Assembly: GCA_963753345.1 (NCBI GenBank)
Contig: CAVWBU010000041.1
Span: forward strand, 96,001 to 160,000
Source: an uncultured Fibrobacterota bacterium
Lineage (GTDB): Bacteria; Fibrobacterota; Chitinivibrionia; Chitinivibrionales; FEN-1185
Length of the DNA stretch: 64,000 nucleotides
Direction: 5' to 3'
A program made the translations under genes and the position numbers. The notes below the pieces were generated by a model. That model was not told the DNA's origin, made no database searches, and saw only the letters and a list, made by a program, of their open reading frames with translations. Each line of letters opens with the position of its first letter. Positions within the stretch are counted from its first letter, which is position 1. Shown here piece by piece: positions 1 to 11,169 of this stretch.

Positions 1-330
1 GTTTTCCCGGTGGATGTGCATCTGATGCGGATTCGATCTGGCCTCGGGCATCACTGCCGTCGCCTCAAACCAGATGAGCGCCACGCCGCCGCGCGCGTAC
101 CGAACGTACCTGCGCCACGTAAGTTCCTGCGGGGTCCCGTCGGCATCCGCGTCGAAACCCTCCATGGGCTGGGCCACAAAGCGGTTTGCAACCGAGAATC
201 TTCCGTTGATCACCCGCCCGCCGAGAATCGACACATCATCGTCGAACGGCAGACGCAGGCCGAGCTCGGCACAATCCGCCTTTAGGTCTTCAATATTCTT
301 ATAGTGAAAACGACCGTGCTTTGCCGACAT
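1..330 (-). CDS. NADH:flavin oxidoreductase / old yellow enzyme family, 5' part (runs off window)
   Basis: Manual translation from ATG at 330: MSAKHGRFHYKNIEDL...NRFVAQPMEGFDADADGTP...RRYVRYARGGVALIWFEATAVMPEARSNPHQM, a typical OYE N-terminus. Not in the ORF track because it is truncated. Confidence 0.85.
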   Translation of the reverse strand, partial: MSAKHGRFHYKNIEDLKADCAELGLRLPFDDDVSILGGRVINGRFSVANRFVAQPMEGFDADADGTPQELTWRRYVRYARGGVALIWFEATAVMPEARSNPHQMHIHREN

Positions 331-739
331 GTCGGACTTCCTTTACAAAAAAAACACCTTGTGCATGCCGCGTCCTCATGGTAATATTACATTAACTATC
401 GAAGGCCGGTGCGACGAATGTAACAGGGGCGGCTTGCAGGCGGTCCGAGTTGACGTGAGGTTGTGCCTGCTGCTTGACATAGTACTATATGCCGCCGGTG
501 AGGATCGGTTTTTCATCGAGCAAGTCGTGCAGGAACCACTAAAAAAATATAAGTTCGTAATATCTTATCGTTCATCAAGATATATCTTACCACAGGTAAG
601 AAAATACTTTTGGCAAAATGTCCATTTATTCATATATTAAGAGTTGAAAATATGGGGTGTTGTCCTGTTATTGGGTGGTACATGCGTAACCGGTTAATTA
701 TCAAGACATTATAACTTATTCCAACAAAAGGAGCGCGTC

Positions 740-1837
740 ATGGAAAAGAAGAAGAACGATGTGAGCAGACGTCAATTCCTTGCAAGCGCCGCAGCCCTGT
801 CTTCGGCGCCCATCATTGCTTCATGCAGTGGCGACGGCAAAGCGCCCTTGTCGGCAAACATCCAGGCGCAGGACCCCAACGGTCCGACCGCAAAGCCACA
901 AGCCTGCCCTAATATCATGCCCACGCGTATCCTGGGCAATACGGGTCTTAAGGTCTCCTGCCTTTGTTTTGGCGGCGGCACAAAGTTCGCCGCACTTTCT
1001 GCAGCCGATAGAATTCTTGCCATGGACGCCGCTATTGACGGCGGCATAAACTACTTCGACACATGCGTTGAATATGGCACGGCCGCCACGTTCGGCACCT
1101 ACTTCACCTCCGCAACTGCCCATACAACGCGGGACAAGGTTATCATCGCCGACAAACTCGACGCGCGTGACTATGCCGGCGCCAAAACATCGCTCGCGAG
1201 CGAGCTTAAGAACCTGCAAACATCGTACGTGGATATTCTTCTGTGCCACAACATCGGCACGGGCGACAGCCTTGCAACGATCTCGGCCACCACGGGTGCA
1301 TGGACGTATCTCAAGGAAGCCAAAGCCGCCGGCCTTTGCAAGTATATCGGATTTTCAAGCATGGACAACACCGCGGCAACCGGAATCCTTATCGATTGGA
1401 TCAATACGCTGCAGCCTGATGTGTGCACTCTCGCAATGAACATCACGGGCTATGGGAACCTCAGGACCACAACCCTTGCTGCGGCAAATGCGAAAAACGT
1501 CGGTGTGACCGCCATCAAGACGGTACTGGGCGTAGTAAGCGCGGCGCATCCCATAGACCAGGTTTTCGGCGGCCTGCTCAATCTCAAGGACGTCAATGGG
1601 AACTATGGCGTCACTGGTCTGATTGTGGGGCATGACGGCGGCGCCGCCCAGGTCACTGCAAACTGCAACACCATGAAGGCCCTTATTCCCACCCCGGATC
1701 CCAGCTGCACAAGCGTGCTGGAGTCCTACAATTGCGAGGAGCTCGAACGGAGCACAAAGCATCTGGCTGGCCCCCACGCGCTTCCGTGGGCGCGGCCTGG
1801 ATTCAAAGATGATGGCAAGCCGTATTTCTGGGCATAA
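740..1837 (+). CDS. Aldo/keto reductase with Tat (possibly lipoprotein) signal
   Basis: SRRQFL twin-arginine motif and IASC; AKR motifs MPTRILGNTGLKVS, GGINYFDT..Y, LQTSYVDILLCH, KYIGFS; RBS AAGGAG. Confidence 0.85.
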   Translation: MEKKKNDVSRRQFLASAAALSSAPIIASCSGDGKAPLSANIQAQDPNGPTAKPQACPNIMPTRILGNTGLKVSCLCFGGGTKFAALSAADRILAMDAAIDGGINYFDTCVEYGTAATFGTYFTSATAHTTRDKVIIADKLDARDYAGAKTSLASELKNLQTSYVDILLCHNIGTGDSLATISATTGAWTYLKEAKAAGLCKYIGFSSMDNTAATGILIDWINTLQPDVCTLAMNITGYGNLRTTTLAAANAKNVGVTAIKTVLGVVSAAHPIDQVFGGLLNLKDVNGNYGVTGLIVGHDGGAAQVTANCNTMKALIPTPDPSCTSVLESYNCEELERSTKHLAGPHALPWARPGFKDDGKPYFWA

Positions 1838-1928
1838 GGGAGAGATATTGTTGACAACGAAATTCCGGGGTGCAGTCATTTTTACTGAACGGTGCTTTTT
1901 CAAATGATCCTCTTGAAAGGGGGCTGCA

Positions 1929-2966
1929 ATGCATAAGTCAAGATTCTGGGGCATGGCTGTTGCCTTGGTGGTAATGGCGTTTTGTGTAGGTGTTTCTTTT
2001 GGATATCCAAGGCAAAATGGTCTCAAGAGCGTGTTGGACCTTTCAGACATGGGCCCTGTGGGACATCCGGTTGCCGACGGTGATACGATGTTAAAACACC
2101 TGTCCCTCAAATTTGGTTTTCAACTCACCATTGTCAAAACCCCCGTGCCAATCACCAGGGCCAATCTCCAGCAGTACGACGTGGTTATTTTTAACCAGAC
2201 ATCATATGCCGGGACAACTCTTAACGCAGATGAACAGCAGGCATTGCATGATTACCTGTTAATTGATCGCGGGAGCTGGATCGGCTGGCACGGCGCAGGG
2301 GCCACTCATGGAAGCTGGACGTGGTACATTGATTCTCTGGTCGGCGCTGATTTTACGAATCACGGCGGTGTTGTAAAAGGAATGATGTACACCAACTTTG
2401 CACAATACGCTACGAACGATACATTTAAAATCTTCTTCGGCAATGTGCCGGATACCTTCTATACCAGCGAGGAATGGTATAATCTGACTCCCAATCCGTA
2501 CAACCTTCCTTTCTTGCATATGCTCCAATACGTCGACGAAGCATCGTATGGCGGCACGGCAATGGGTCCGCATCACCCCGTTACATGGTGCCAGATTTTC
2601 CCTTGTGGGGGGAGAGCTTTTTATTGCAGCCGTGGACATACGTCGGCCTGTTTTACCGAGGTGACAATGGACTCCACGATCTGGGACGCCTTGCAATGGT
2701 GCGGCACACAGGTGCCTGCCACTAATCCCTGTATCACTGAGATTGAACAAAAGCTGCCAAATTCAAGGTTGCTTCAAAATCTTGCAACATGGAATTTTAA
2801 TGAGCCGACGCGTTTGAATTTTTACAACCTTACAGGACAACTTGTAGCCTCAAAATCGGTCAAAAGTCTTGTTGAGGCTCAGAATGCGATGCCTGCGGGT
2901 TGCCATATTGTGCGCATCATGGATGGGTCGGGACGCACTGCGCGGCAATTCACAATAGTACGATAA
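1929..2966 (+). CDS. Secreted ThuA-like (class I glutamine amidotransferase fold) protein with C-terminal sorting-like domain
   Basis: Signal peptide; YDVVIFN, GWHGA, EEWY, HPVTW, GGRAFY..GH motifs; C-terminal FYNLTGQLV...AGCHIVRI. Confidence 0.8.
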   Translation: MHKSRFWGMAVALVVMAFCVGVSFGYPRQNGLKSVLDLSDMGPVGHPVADGDTMLKHLSLKFGFQLTIVKTPVPITRANLQQYDVVIFNQTSYAGTTLNADEQQALHDYLLIDRGSWIGWHGAGATHGSWTWYIDSLVGADFTNHGGVVKGMMYTNFAQYATNDTFKIFFGNVPDTFYTSEEWYNLTPNPYNLPFLHMLQYVDEASYGGTAMGPHHPVTWCQIFPCGGRAFYCSRGHTSACFTEVTMDSTIWDALQWCGTQVPATNPCITEIEQKLPNSRLLQNLATWNFNEPTRLNFYNLTGQLVASKSVKSLVEAQNAMPAGCHIVRIMDGSGRTARQFTIVR

Positions 2967-3002
2967 GGTTTTTCAATCGTATTTGATTTTTGTGCATTTT
3001 TT

Positions 3003-3036
3003 AAGGGGAAGCTCCTTGAAGCGGAGCTTCCCTTTT
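3003..3036 (+). terminator. Intrinsic terminator
   Basis: AAGGGGAAGCTCC-loop-GGAGCTTCCCTTTT after the ThuA-like gene. Confidence 0.75.
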
Positions 3037-3279
3037 GTGTTGTTTGATGCTATGCCGATGGCATTTCGCGGATCATCCGCGCGTTCAAGAAATGAAGAGC
3101 GTCGCTGCAAGGACAACAAGAACCTGTGGAAGCATGGCCCGTACTATATTTTCGGTGTGCGTTCAACTAGTTTTCCGATGTGATTGGAACATTATTTCTT
3201 ACTGGATGCGGACAAAAAATCCCGCAGGTTTGAGTTCATACAAAAATCAAACTCCTGTAATTTCCATAGGGATGTATTG

Positions 3280-4846
3280 ATGAGCAGCTTATTACTAAAA
3301 TCCGGCAAAGCGGTTCTTATTTCTCTATTATTCGTGGCGTTGCCGTTTAGTCATGTCTTTGCCCACAATACAAGCTGGAACAAGGCGCTTATCACACAAA
3401 ATGGAAATCAATTAACCTTGAAATTGCGGGTGGTTCAGGTTGATCTTCTGGGCGAGGTGGACAAAGGAATAGACAGCACGGCAGTTCTCAGCGCCAAGGC
3501 ATGGAACGAATTGCTTCCTAAAATCAAGAGCTACGTTTTTGACAATATTACTCTCAACATCGACGGCAGTCCGGTAACGAACGTCGTCGATGAAAGCTGG
3601 AAGCTTGAAGACAACTCGAACGGCGCCGCGGCGGTCGACACTCTCATGCGCGTCATTGAAATCTCCCGATCATGGAACATAACCGGCGTTCCGCACAACG
3701 TTGAATTTAAACCCGATCTGCTGGAAAATGTTGTGCTGCCGGTCAAATGGGTTGTTGTGCTGGTTACCGATAAGACGAAAGGTCAAAAATTGTTCAGGGT
3801 AATTTCACGCGGGGAAACGGTCTGGTTCGATTTTGACAAGAGTGCATTCGTCAACCAATCGGGCAAGTCCTTGTCCGGCACAGACGAAAGTACGTTATGG
3901 GGTAAGATTTCACAGTTCGTAAAAATAGGCTTCAATGCCATCAGCTTGGAAAAGATATTCAAATCAGGCGAAAATCCCCGTATTCTGATTATGTACCTGT
4001 TCCTCGCAATTGTGATCGGCGCGCTCCATTCACTCTCCCCTGGACATGGGAAAGCGCTCATTGGAGCATATATCATCGGGAAAAAAGGCACTGTTGCCGA
4101 TGCCGTTACGCTGGGAATCGTTACGGCGCTCAGCCATACCGTCAGCGTTCTCATCCTCGGCATTATTATTTTGATCGGGTTCAATTCCGTCGTCCCGCCT
4201 CAGATCAATATGTATCTCAATATCGCATCAGGATCGATCATCATCATCATCGGTATTTTCATGTTTAGAAAACGTCTCATGGAATTGAACAACGCCGACG
4301 ATCATCATGGCCATTTCCATGATCATCACCCGCATTCGCATGACCATGACGAGGCACACAGTTCATTCGCATGATCATCATAACGATAACGGGCATTCAC
4401 CTCATGAACTCGACGAGCACCACCATTCTCACCATGATCGTGACGGGCACGTACATTCGCATGACGCACATGACTATTCGCACGCACACGACCACTCGCA
4501 CGGACATCAGCACATCACGATGGAATCGATCCAGAAAAAAGGTTTCACGACGAATGTAATTATGGGGATTTCCGGCGGCATGGTTCCCTGTCCTACGGCT
4601 CTGGTTGTTCTTTTCCTTGCCGTGTCGGTCAAGAAAGTGGCTCTTGGTCTGTTGCTTATCGTTTTCTTTAGCCTTGGCCTGGCCGCAACGTTGACCGTCT
4701 TAGGAATTCTTTTTGTAAAAGGTTCATCGCTCATTAACAGATACGACAACAACAAATTCATACCCAAACTGCCTGTTCTCAGCTCGATACTAATTATGCT
4801 GCTCGGCGCGGCAATCGTGATCAGAGCGATGCTTGCGCATGCATGA
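3280..4846 (+). CDS. RcnA/NicO-like Ni/Co transporter with N-terminal exported domain and long His-rich loop (one frameshift near 4360)
   Basis: GALHSLSPGHGK, SHT, His/Asp-rich loop, GMVPCPTAL, FSLGLA; two overlapping ORFs (3184..4374, 4307..4846) that join on removal of one base in CACACA. Confidence 0.85.
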
Positions 4847-4882
4847 GTATCCCTCCTTGGCGATCCAACGCCGGCCGTATGT

Positions 4883-6631
4883 CTAATCCGGCAGCTTTGC
4901 GAAACGATAGGTTAATGTTGCGCCCAAACTGAAATTTCCGTGGTATCTTGCCACGACGGATTGGCGAAGAATCGGACTATCGTAAAATGCAAAAGCGTAT
5001 GAAGCCTGGATTCTAAGCATATTGGCCCACTCAAGTGCAACAAAAGGAGTGATCATATGCGTATTAACCGCCTCCCTTTCCCACTTTGCAGGATCGTTGT
5101 CGACAAACCCGAAATCGTTTCCATTCGGCTCCAATATCGTATAGTCGTTCACAACCGGCTCGATATCGGGAATATTTGAATGGGCATCGGGGTTAAAAAA
5201 GTGAAACTCATCATAGCGTGCACCAATACGAAAGTTCTTCATGAGAGGATATGAGATTCGAAGCGCGCATTTTATCGCCTTGAAATCCTGGGCCGTGAGG
5301 GTGGCTGTGTCTTTATACCCACCGTATTGGTAGATAGATGCGGAATCCAGGTAATAATAGGTATGATCAAATGCGTAGGTAACGCTGTTTTTTGCCGGAA
5401 TTTGCCATGTCCCGGCTACTCCTCCGTCAACTTCCAGCTTCTTCCATCGCCAATTCGCCCAGTACATGCCGTTTAAGACCGAACTTCCTTCCATTGAGAA
5501 ATTCGGTATCATTTCGTTCCAGTTCCAGCTGTCAACAACAGATCCAACGTTGGCACTGGGTTTGTTTACGTAATCGGGCGATCCGCTCGCCAGGAAAACA
5601 GTCCCGCTGCCATAGGCAAGTATTGCTTTCTGGACCAACCCCTTTGTGTTTAAAACAAGTTCTGTTCCGATGTGCCAGCCGCTTGTTTTAGGCAGGTAGT
5701 ACGTTTTGGTGATGATTGCATTTCCGGGGTAGTCAAGAATATTCGGGTTGCCGATGCTGGTTTGGGTTGAATCTGCCGGGCATTGCTGGTAACCTCCGAT
5801 TAGTTTGAGGCCGAAGGTCCTTTTGTACCCGTATTGAGCCCGCAGGAAAAGGTGATTGAGGTTTCGTATATTGTCAAGTTCTTCAAACAGCAGCTGCTGA
5901 TTGCCGGTTGTGTCGCTGAACCAGAGGGACCTGCCGAGAAACTGCTGGCCGGCTGCGGCTTCCCAGGAAAAAAAGTGGGTCTGCCGGATATCACAGCCGT
6001 AATTGAGAGCCAATCCATCAAAATTCCAATTTTCGAGCGGCATCTGATCAAAAATAGGGCAATAGGAACCCGAAATGTTTATCCGGCCGATTTCTCCGGA
6101 AAAACCTTTAATAAAGGGGGGCGCCCACTTGATTTCGAGCGAGCCGATCTGGACATAATTGCTCACGCTTTGCGCGTTTTCCGCGAGATTGTCCAGATTG
6201 CAATTCAAGGACATGGTTCCCCAGACATCGGGAAGGAAACGATACCGCAACCTTGAGCTGATGGAGTTCCCTTGCCAAAGCGGAATGTACCCGAAATCGC
6301 CCTGTGAAATATAATCATCGGTTCTGAAGGGGGTTGGAGTTTTGCCGGTCGATTCCAAGTAGAGAAAGGAATTATACACATTTGAGATGTCCCCTCCCGG
6401 CCCGAGCGGTTCTCCCCCATGCAGGTCTTGGCTGAGCGAATGTCCCAAATTGGCATACAGGTCGAATGCCAATTTTAGGGAGTCATTGAGATCATAGGTG
6501 GATACGCCGGAAAAGCTTTGGCCGGCTCCCGGCCCGCCGAATGCGCCTCCTTGCCCATTCATGGATTGATGAGCAAATCCTTGATGACACGTGAGAATAA
6601 TCAGCAAACAAAAGAATGCGGCTTTTCTCAT
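4883..6631 (-). CDS. Putative outer-membrane beta-barrel protein
   Basis: Signal peptide ending GFA-H, alternating aromatic beta-strand pattern, C-terminal LGATLTYRF. Confidence 0.55.
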   Translation of the reverse strand: MRKAAFFCLLIILTCHQGFAHQSMNGQGGAFGGPGAGQSFSGVSTYDLNDSLKLAFDLYANLGHSLSQDLHGGEPLGPGGDISNVYNSFLYLESTGKTPTPFRTDDYISQGDFGYIPLWQGNSISSRLRYRFLPDVWGTMSLNCNLDNLAENAQSVSNYVQIGSLEIKWAPPFIKGFSGEIGRINISGSYCPIFDQMPLENWNFDGLALNYGCDIRQTHFFSWEAAAGQQFLGRSLWFSDTTGNQQLLFEELDNIRNLNHLFLRAQYGYKRTFGLKLIGGYQQCPADSTQTSIGNPNILDYPGNAIITKTYYLPKTSGWHIGTELVLNTKGLVQKAILAYGSGTVFLASGSPDYVNKPSANVGSVVDSWNWNEMIPNFSMEGSSVLNGMYWANWRWKKLEVDGGVAGTWQIPAKNSVTYAFDHTYYYLDSASIYQYGGYKDTATLTAQDFKAIKCALRISYPLMKNFRIGARYDEFHFFNPDAHSNIPDIEPVVNDYTILEPNGNDFGFVDNDPAKWEREAVNTHMITPFVALEWANMLRIQASYAFAFYDSPILRQSVVARYHGNFSLGATLTYRFAKLPD

Positions 6632-6769
6632 GAGTGCCCACCCGTTCTAGAATCATTCGTTTTGAGCAAAGGTTGTTATGAAGCATGAAACCAGGAAATA
6701 TCCGTGCATTGTCCCCTGCCGTCCGGTATGCTCGACCTAAAACCAGGCAGGCAGGCGGCAACGATTTGC

Positions 6770-7648
6770 TTACTTAAGGAGAATCGTATCTTTCTTCTCC
6801 TTTTTCTTCTCGTGTTCCTTATAGTAGAAATAACCCCGCATCTCCGTTTCCGATTTCTTCAGTTCGTCCGTCAACCAAACCAGATCCTGTGTGCTGACCG
6901 CAAATTCTCCAAGGTCAAAATACTGATGTATCTTGGTCGTCTTGTTCTTCAGTTTGTCCACCTCTTCGAAAACCACATTCCACATTTTGGCGCCCGTGGT
7001 ATCGGGAACGATCTCAAATTTGAGCAAATATTTCCGGAACGAGGTGTCTTCCCAGGAGAATGCAAGCGAGGAGACGTTTCCAACGAAGCTGCTGTCTTTC
7101 TGAATCCGTGAAGGATTGAGGTTTTTTAGATCAATGCGGGGGCCTATTGATAACCGTTGTGATGCAGAAGCACCCGACAAATTGCTGGTGTCAATCACCA
7201 TGGTCACCGAGGAGCCATAACGCGTGGAAAGGCTGTCCATGCCGGTTGATATCTTGTAATGAGGTGAACCCGAGCTCCTTTTCAATAATGTTGAATCTAT
7301 TTTCCCGGGGTGGGCGACCAAACTGTCGATGTTATCAAGGGACAGCAGGCGTAATTCATTATAGAGAGAATAGATGATCTTCAAATGGGGATGAACCTTA
7401 TCGAAGTTGAATTCCTCCATGTCATCATTCATTGCCCGTAAAACTGCATTCAGGGCTTCAAAAATCTCCTCAGGGGTCCTCTTTTTGAAATTCTCTTTTT
7501 CAATGTGGCTCGAAGTGGTGGGAGTTACGGATACCTGCGGCTTAAGGGTCTCTTTCGAGGCATTATTTTGCGCTTCGGAGTGCACGGAGAATAGGAAAAG
7601 TAAAACGATTGCCGGAAGCGATTTGCAGAGTCGGGTAACTTTGAACAT
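6770..7648 (-). CDS. Exported hypothetical protein (helical)
   Basis: Long ORF; likely start MFKVTRL before a hydrophobic signal ending SEA; start uncertain. Confidence 0.5.
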   Translation of the reverse strand: MFKVTRLCKSLPAIVLLFLFSVHSEAQNNASKETLKPQVSVTPTTSSHIEKENFKKRTPEEIFEALNAVLRAMNDDMEEFNFDKVHPHLKIIYSLYNELRLLSLDNIDSLVAHPGKIDSTLLKRSSGSPHYKISTGMDSLSTRYGSSVTMVIDTSNLSGASASQRLSIGPRIDLKNLNPSRIQKDSSFVGNVSSLAFSWEDTSFRKYLLKFEIVPDTTGAKMWNVVFEEVDKLKNKTTKIHQYFDLGEFAVSTQDLVWLTDELKKSETEMRGYFYYKEHEKKKEKKDTILLK

Positions 7649-8217
7649 ATATGAAGTCGCATTTCTGAAACACTGGCCGTTCCAACCGACGGACAGGTAA
7701 TCACTTTTTCTGCGAGAGTTTCGCGAGAGTTTTAGGTATATCAAGAGACTTTGTACATGCCACATTGTCATCGCGTTGATACGGTTGGGTGAATTATTCC
7801 CCTCCGGATCCGATGCCACACGAATATCCTCATGGTTGTTTAATTTATCAATATACTTCTTAAGAAACGAAGGTGGCTTTTCAACTTCCGTAAAAGACAT
7901 GTGCATGGGTGACATTGTGGACTAATTCCTGCTATGGTGAATCACTCGTAAAATAAAGGAATACCAAGAAATTCGCGGTAATTCGTGTGGAAACATATCT
8001 TACTTACAGGAAGAAAAATGTTTTGGAAACGCAAGTGCGCGTTTTTATATTAACTCATATAAAAAGCCCCTTGTTTTTGCCCTAAATTCTTGACAACTAA
8101 TAGGAAACAGCGCCCGGTTTTTTTGCCGTTGTCATTAGGTTGTAAGAAACCACCGTCACCGGAACATTATCTCTTGACTGCAAATCAAGCAATTTAATTT
8201 CAAAGGAGGGTCTGTAC

Positions 8218-9738
8218 ATGAAGCTTTTCACAAGCATGGTGTTGTGCGTTTTTTGGGCGGTTGCGGCTTTTGGTCAGTCTGCAAGGGACTCATCCGCAGT
8301 TGAGCCCAAGCCTCTTGAGCCTGCAACCGACGCATCTGTCATTGAGCAGAAGCCTCTCCTGTCCGCAACCGACGCATCGGGCATCGAGCGCAAGCCGCTC
8401 AAAATTGCCGCGGGAATGGACGAAGGTCAGATTGTTTCAGGACAATCCAACTATCTGAATCTGCAGTCCGGCGTTAGGCAATGGATTTCCCGCTTAAATA
8501 CGTTTCTGAACGAGGAAGTGGACGTTAATAAGCGCCTGGCACTAAAAGTCGGGGTCGGCGCATTTATCTGGTATCCTTACCCGGAATCAAACACAGACCA
8601 ATATCTCGTCCCAAAATTCTCTCCCGCGGTTTCCGAAGCTTCCGGAACGTACAAAATCGGGGACATTGCCAATCCGTTGTTCGAATTTCAATTCGGCTAT
8701 TTCCCTTTCAAATACAACCCGGACGCATACGACATGGGTGAATATCTCTTAAAATCGGGAGCCTACCCTGGTTACCTGGTGAACGGCAGATGGAACATCA
8801 TCGGTGACAACCTCTACAGGGCGCAGGGAATTCGCTTCAGCAATTATCTTCTCGACAGGACCATACAGCAGCATCTTCTTTTCACCATGGAGCATGATTA
8901 CCCGCCCATGTATGACATATCTCCTTCCTATATTGTAACAGGCAACATTGCAAAGATGTTCAATGTCGGAGCCGGCATCTCGTTTGCCCATTTGATTTCC
9001 ATGAATGAAGCCAAGACAACGCCACAGGATCCGTATAACCGGTACCTTGGCGACAGTGCGCTTGATGGAACCGAAGGTTTCAACAATAAAGGCGTGGATA
9101 CACTCCAGGGCGTTCACTTTTACACCTTTAGAGGCATCAAGCTCATGGGCATGGCCTCATTTGACATTAAACCAGTGATTCCCACCACTATTTTCGGCAA
9201 AGAGGACCTTAAGATATTTATTGAAGCGGCGGTGCTTGGCGTTCAGAATTACCCGTTCTATTACGATGATATCACAAAACGCATTCCGGTCATGTTTGGT
9301 TTCAATTTCCCCACATTCAAAATCCTTGATGTGTTGTCGTTCGAATGGGAATATTATGGGAGCCAATTCGACAACAACATGCAGAACTCTCAGAACGGCC
9401 AATTGCCGACATGGTACATTAATGCAGACTACAATCCTAGAGAATACGACGACACAGCTGCTTTTTCATCTTCGACCAAACCAACCGGTTTTAACGCTAA
9501 CGGCGCCACAACCTGGAGGCAGTATTTCTCCCAGGACAATTGGAAGTGGGCGATCTACGCAAAAAAGAGTCTGGGAAAGTCAATTTCCCTGCATCTTCAA
9601 CTGGCCAACGATCACATGCATATGATAACATACCAGGTGCTTCCGGATTACATCGATGCAACCCATGGAGTAGACAGCTGGTATAAAATGTTCCAAAAAG
9701 ACTGGTATTTCGATTTCAAGGTTCAAATCGGAATATGA
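8218..9738 (+). CDS. Putative outer-membrane beta-barrel protein
   Basis: RBS AAGGAGG, signal peptide, FGYFPFKYNPDA..GEYL..SG.YP motif, C-terminal WYFDFKVQIGI; short N-terminal duplication (ATDASxIExKPL x2). Confidence 0.65.
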   Translation: MKLFTSMVLCVFWAVAAFGQSARDSSAVEPKPLEPATDASVIEQKPLLSATDASGIERKPLKIAAGMDEGQIVSGQSNYLNLQSGVRQWISRLNTFLNEEVDVNKRLALKVGVGAFIWYPYPESNTDQYLVPKFSPAVSEASGTYKIGDIANPLFEFQFGYFPFKYNPDAYDMGEYLLKSGAYPGYLVNGRWNIIGDNLYRAQGIRFSNYLLDRTIQQHLLFTMEHDYPPMYDISPSYIVTGNIAKMFNVGAGISFAHLISMNEAKTTPQDPYNRYLGDSALDGTEGFNNKGVDTLQGVHFYTFRGIKLMGMASFDIKPVIPTTIFGKEDLKIFIEAAVLGVQNYPFYYDDITKRIPVMFGFNFPTFKILDVLSFEWEYYGSQFDNNMQNSQNGQLPTWYINADYNPREYDDTAAFSSSTKPTGFNANGATTWRQYFSQDNWKWAIYAKKSLGKSISLHLQLANDHMHMITYQVLPDYIDATHGVDSWYKMFQKDWYFDFKVQIGI

Positions 9739-9780
9739 TTCTGGTTTGTTACCATAATGCTATGCATTGAACAAGAAACT

Positions 9781-9816
9781 GGGCTTCCGGAAGACTTTTT
9801 CGGAAGCCTTTTTTCT
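9781..9816 (+). terminator. Probable intrinsic terminator
   Basis: GGCTTCCGGAAGA-CT-TTTTCGGAAGCC followed by a T-run. Confidence 0.55.
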
Positions 9817-9850
9817 AATGACTTCTTTGCAAAGAAAGGAACATGATCAA

Positions 9851-11128
9851 ATGACCTCAGCACCAACAGCAACACCTAAAGCCGACACCCCCTGGGTCAA
9901 CCTCACCGTTGCGTGGCTCGGATGGCTGTTTGACGGAATGGAAATGGGGATTTATTCCCTCATCGCGGTCCCTGCCCTCAAGATGCTCTTGCACACCCAG
10001 GACATGGGGCTCGTACTGCCCAAGGTGGGGCTCCTGTTCGCCCTGTTTCTTCTCGGCGCCGCGCTCGGCGGCTACGTGTTCGGCGCGCTTGGCGACAAGA
10101 TCGGCCGGGTAAAATCGCTGGCAGCGACGGTCATCGTGTATTCCCTCTTTACGGGCCTCAGCGCCGCATGCACCGATGTCTGGCAGTTCGGTGCGTGCAG
10201 GTTTCTCGGCGCGCTCGGGCTTGGCGGCGAATGGGGGCTGGGTGTCGCGCTTGTCATGGAATCCTGGTCGAACAAGAGCCGGCCCGCTCTCGCGGGCATT
10301 CTCGGAGCGGCCGCGAACATCGGGTTCCTCGTCTGTGCGCTCATCGGCATCGCAATGGCGAAATATGTTTCCGGCGGCGTGAGCGAGCACTGGCGCATGA
10401 TTCTGCTTATTGGAATTATACCGGCAATCACCGTGCTCTTCATGCTTCTTGGCGTGCACGAACCCGAGGCATGGAAAAAATCCAAGGCTCGCGGCGAAAA
10501 GGCGGAGTTCAAGGCGCTGTGGCAGCCCGGGCTCGGTTACAAGACAATCATGGGATGCTTCATCGCTTCGGTAGTCGTATTGGGAACCTGGGGCGTATTC
10601 CAGTGGATTCCGTCGTGGGTCGACCAGCTCGTGGGCGCCGACAAGACTCCGTTCCAGAAACCAGTGACGCAGATGTTCATGGCGTTCGGCCAGATCACGG
10701 GCGCGTTTGTCGGGGGCTTCATTGCAGAATGGATAGGGCGCAGAAAATCATACGCCCTGTTCTGCACCGGCAGTTTTCTCGCCTCAGTCATTCTGTTCTA
10801 TTTTGTCAAGTCGTACGGTCCGCTGCTCTGGACCCTGGCCGCGGTGGCAGGCGTTTTCAGCACCGCGTTCTTCGGATGGCTGCCCCTGTACCTCCCCGAG
10901 CTCTTCCCCACCCGCATCAGGGCGACGGGCGAAGGCATCACCTACAACTTCGGCCGCATCCTTGCCGCGGTCGGTGTTTTCGCCGGCATAGGAAACCTCT
11001 ACCATTTCTTCGGCACCGGCGCGAGGGCCTTTGCAAAAGCGAGCACCGTCATGGCCACGGTATATATCGTCGGTCTCATTCTCATATGGTTTTTGCCCGA
11101 AACAAAGGGACAGAAACTGCCGGAGTGA
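9851..11128 (+). CDS. MFS transporter (sugar-acid/carboxylate type)
   Basis: GWLFDGME, GALGDKIGR, GLGGEWG, ELFPTRIRATG, LPETKG motifs; about 12 TM segments. Confidence 0.9.
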   Translation: MTSAPTATPKADTPWVNLTVAWLGWLFDGMEMGIYSLIAVPALKMLLHTQDMGLVLPKVGLLFALFLLGAALGGYVFGALGDKIGRVKSLAATVIVYSLFTGLSAACTDVWQFGACRFLGALGLGGEWGLGVALVMESWSNKSRPALAGILGAAANIGFLVCALIGIAMAKYVSGGVSEHWRMILLIGIIPAITVLFMLLGVHEPEAWKKSKARGEKAEFKALWQPGLGYKTIMGCFIASVVVLGTWGVFQWIPSWVDQLVGADKTPFQKPVTQMFMAFGQITGAFVGGFIAEWIGRRKSYALFCTGSFLASVILFYFVKSYGPLLWTLAAVAGVFSTAFFGWLPLYLPELFPTRIRATGEGITYNFGRILAAVGVFAGIGNLYHFFGTGARAFAKASTVMATVYIVGLILIWFLPETKGQKLPE

Positions 11129-11169
11129 TTTTTGGACCTGCCACGCGGCAAAAACACGCCCTTATTGAC

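Noticed and set aside
3040-3279. NiCo or cobalamin riboswitch upstream of the metal transporter
   Set aside because: No recognisable consensus elements found by eye; an Rfam scan would be needed.
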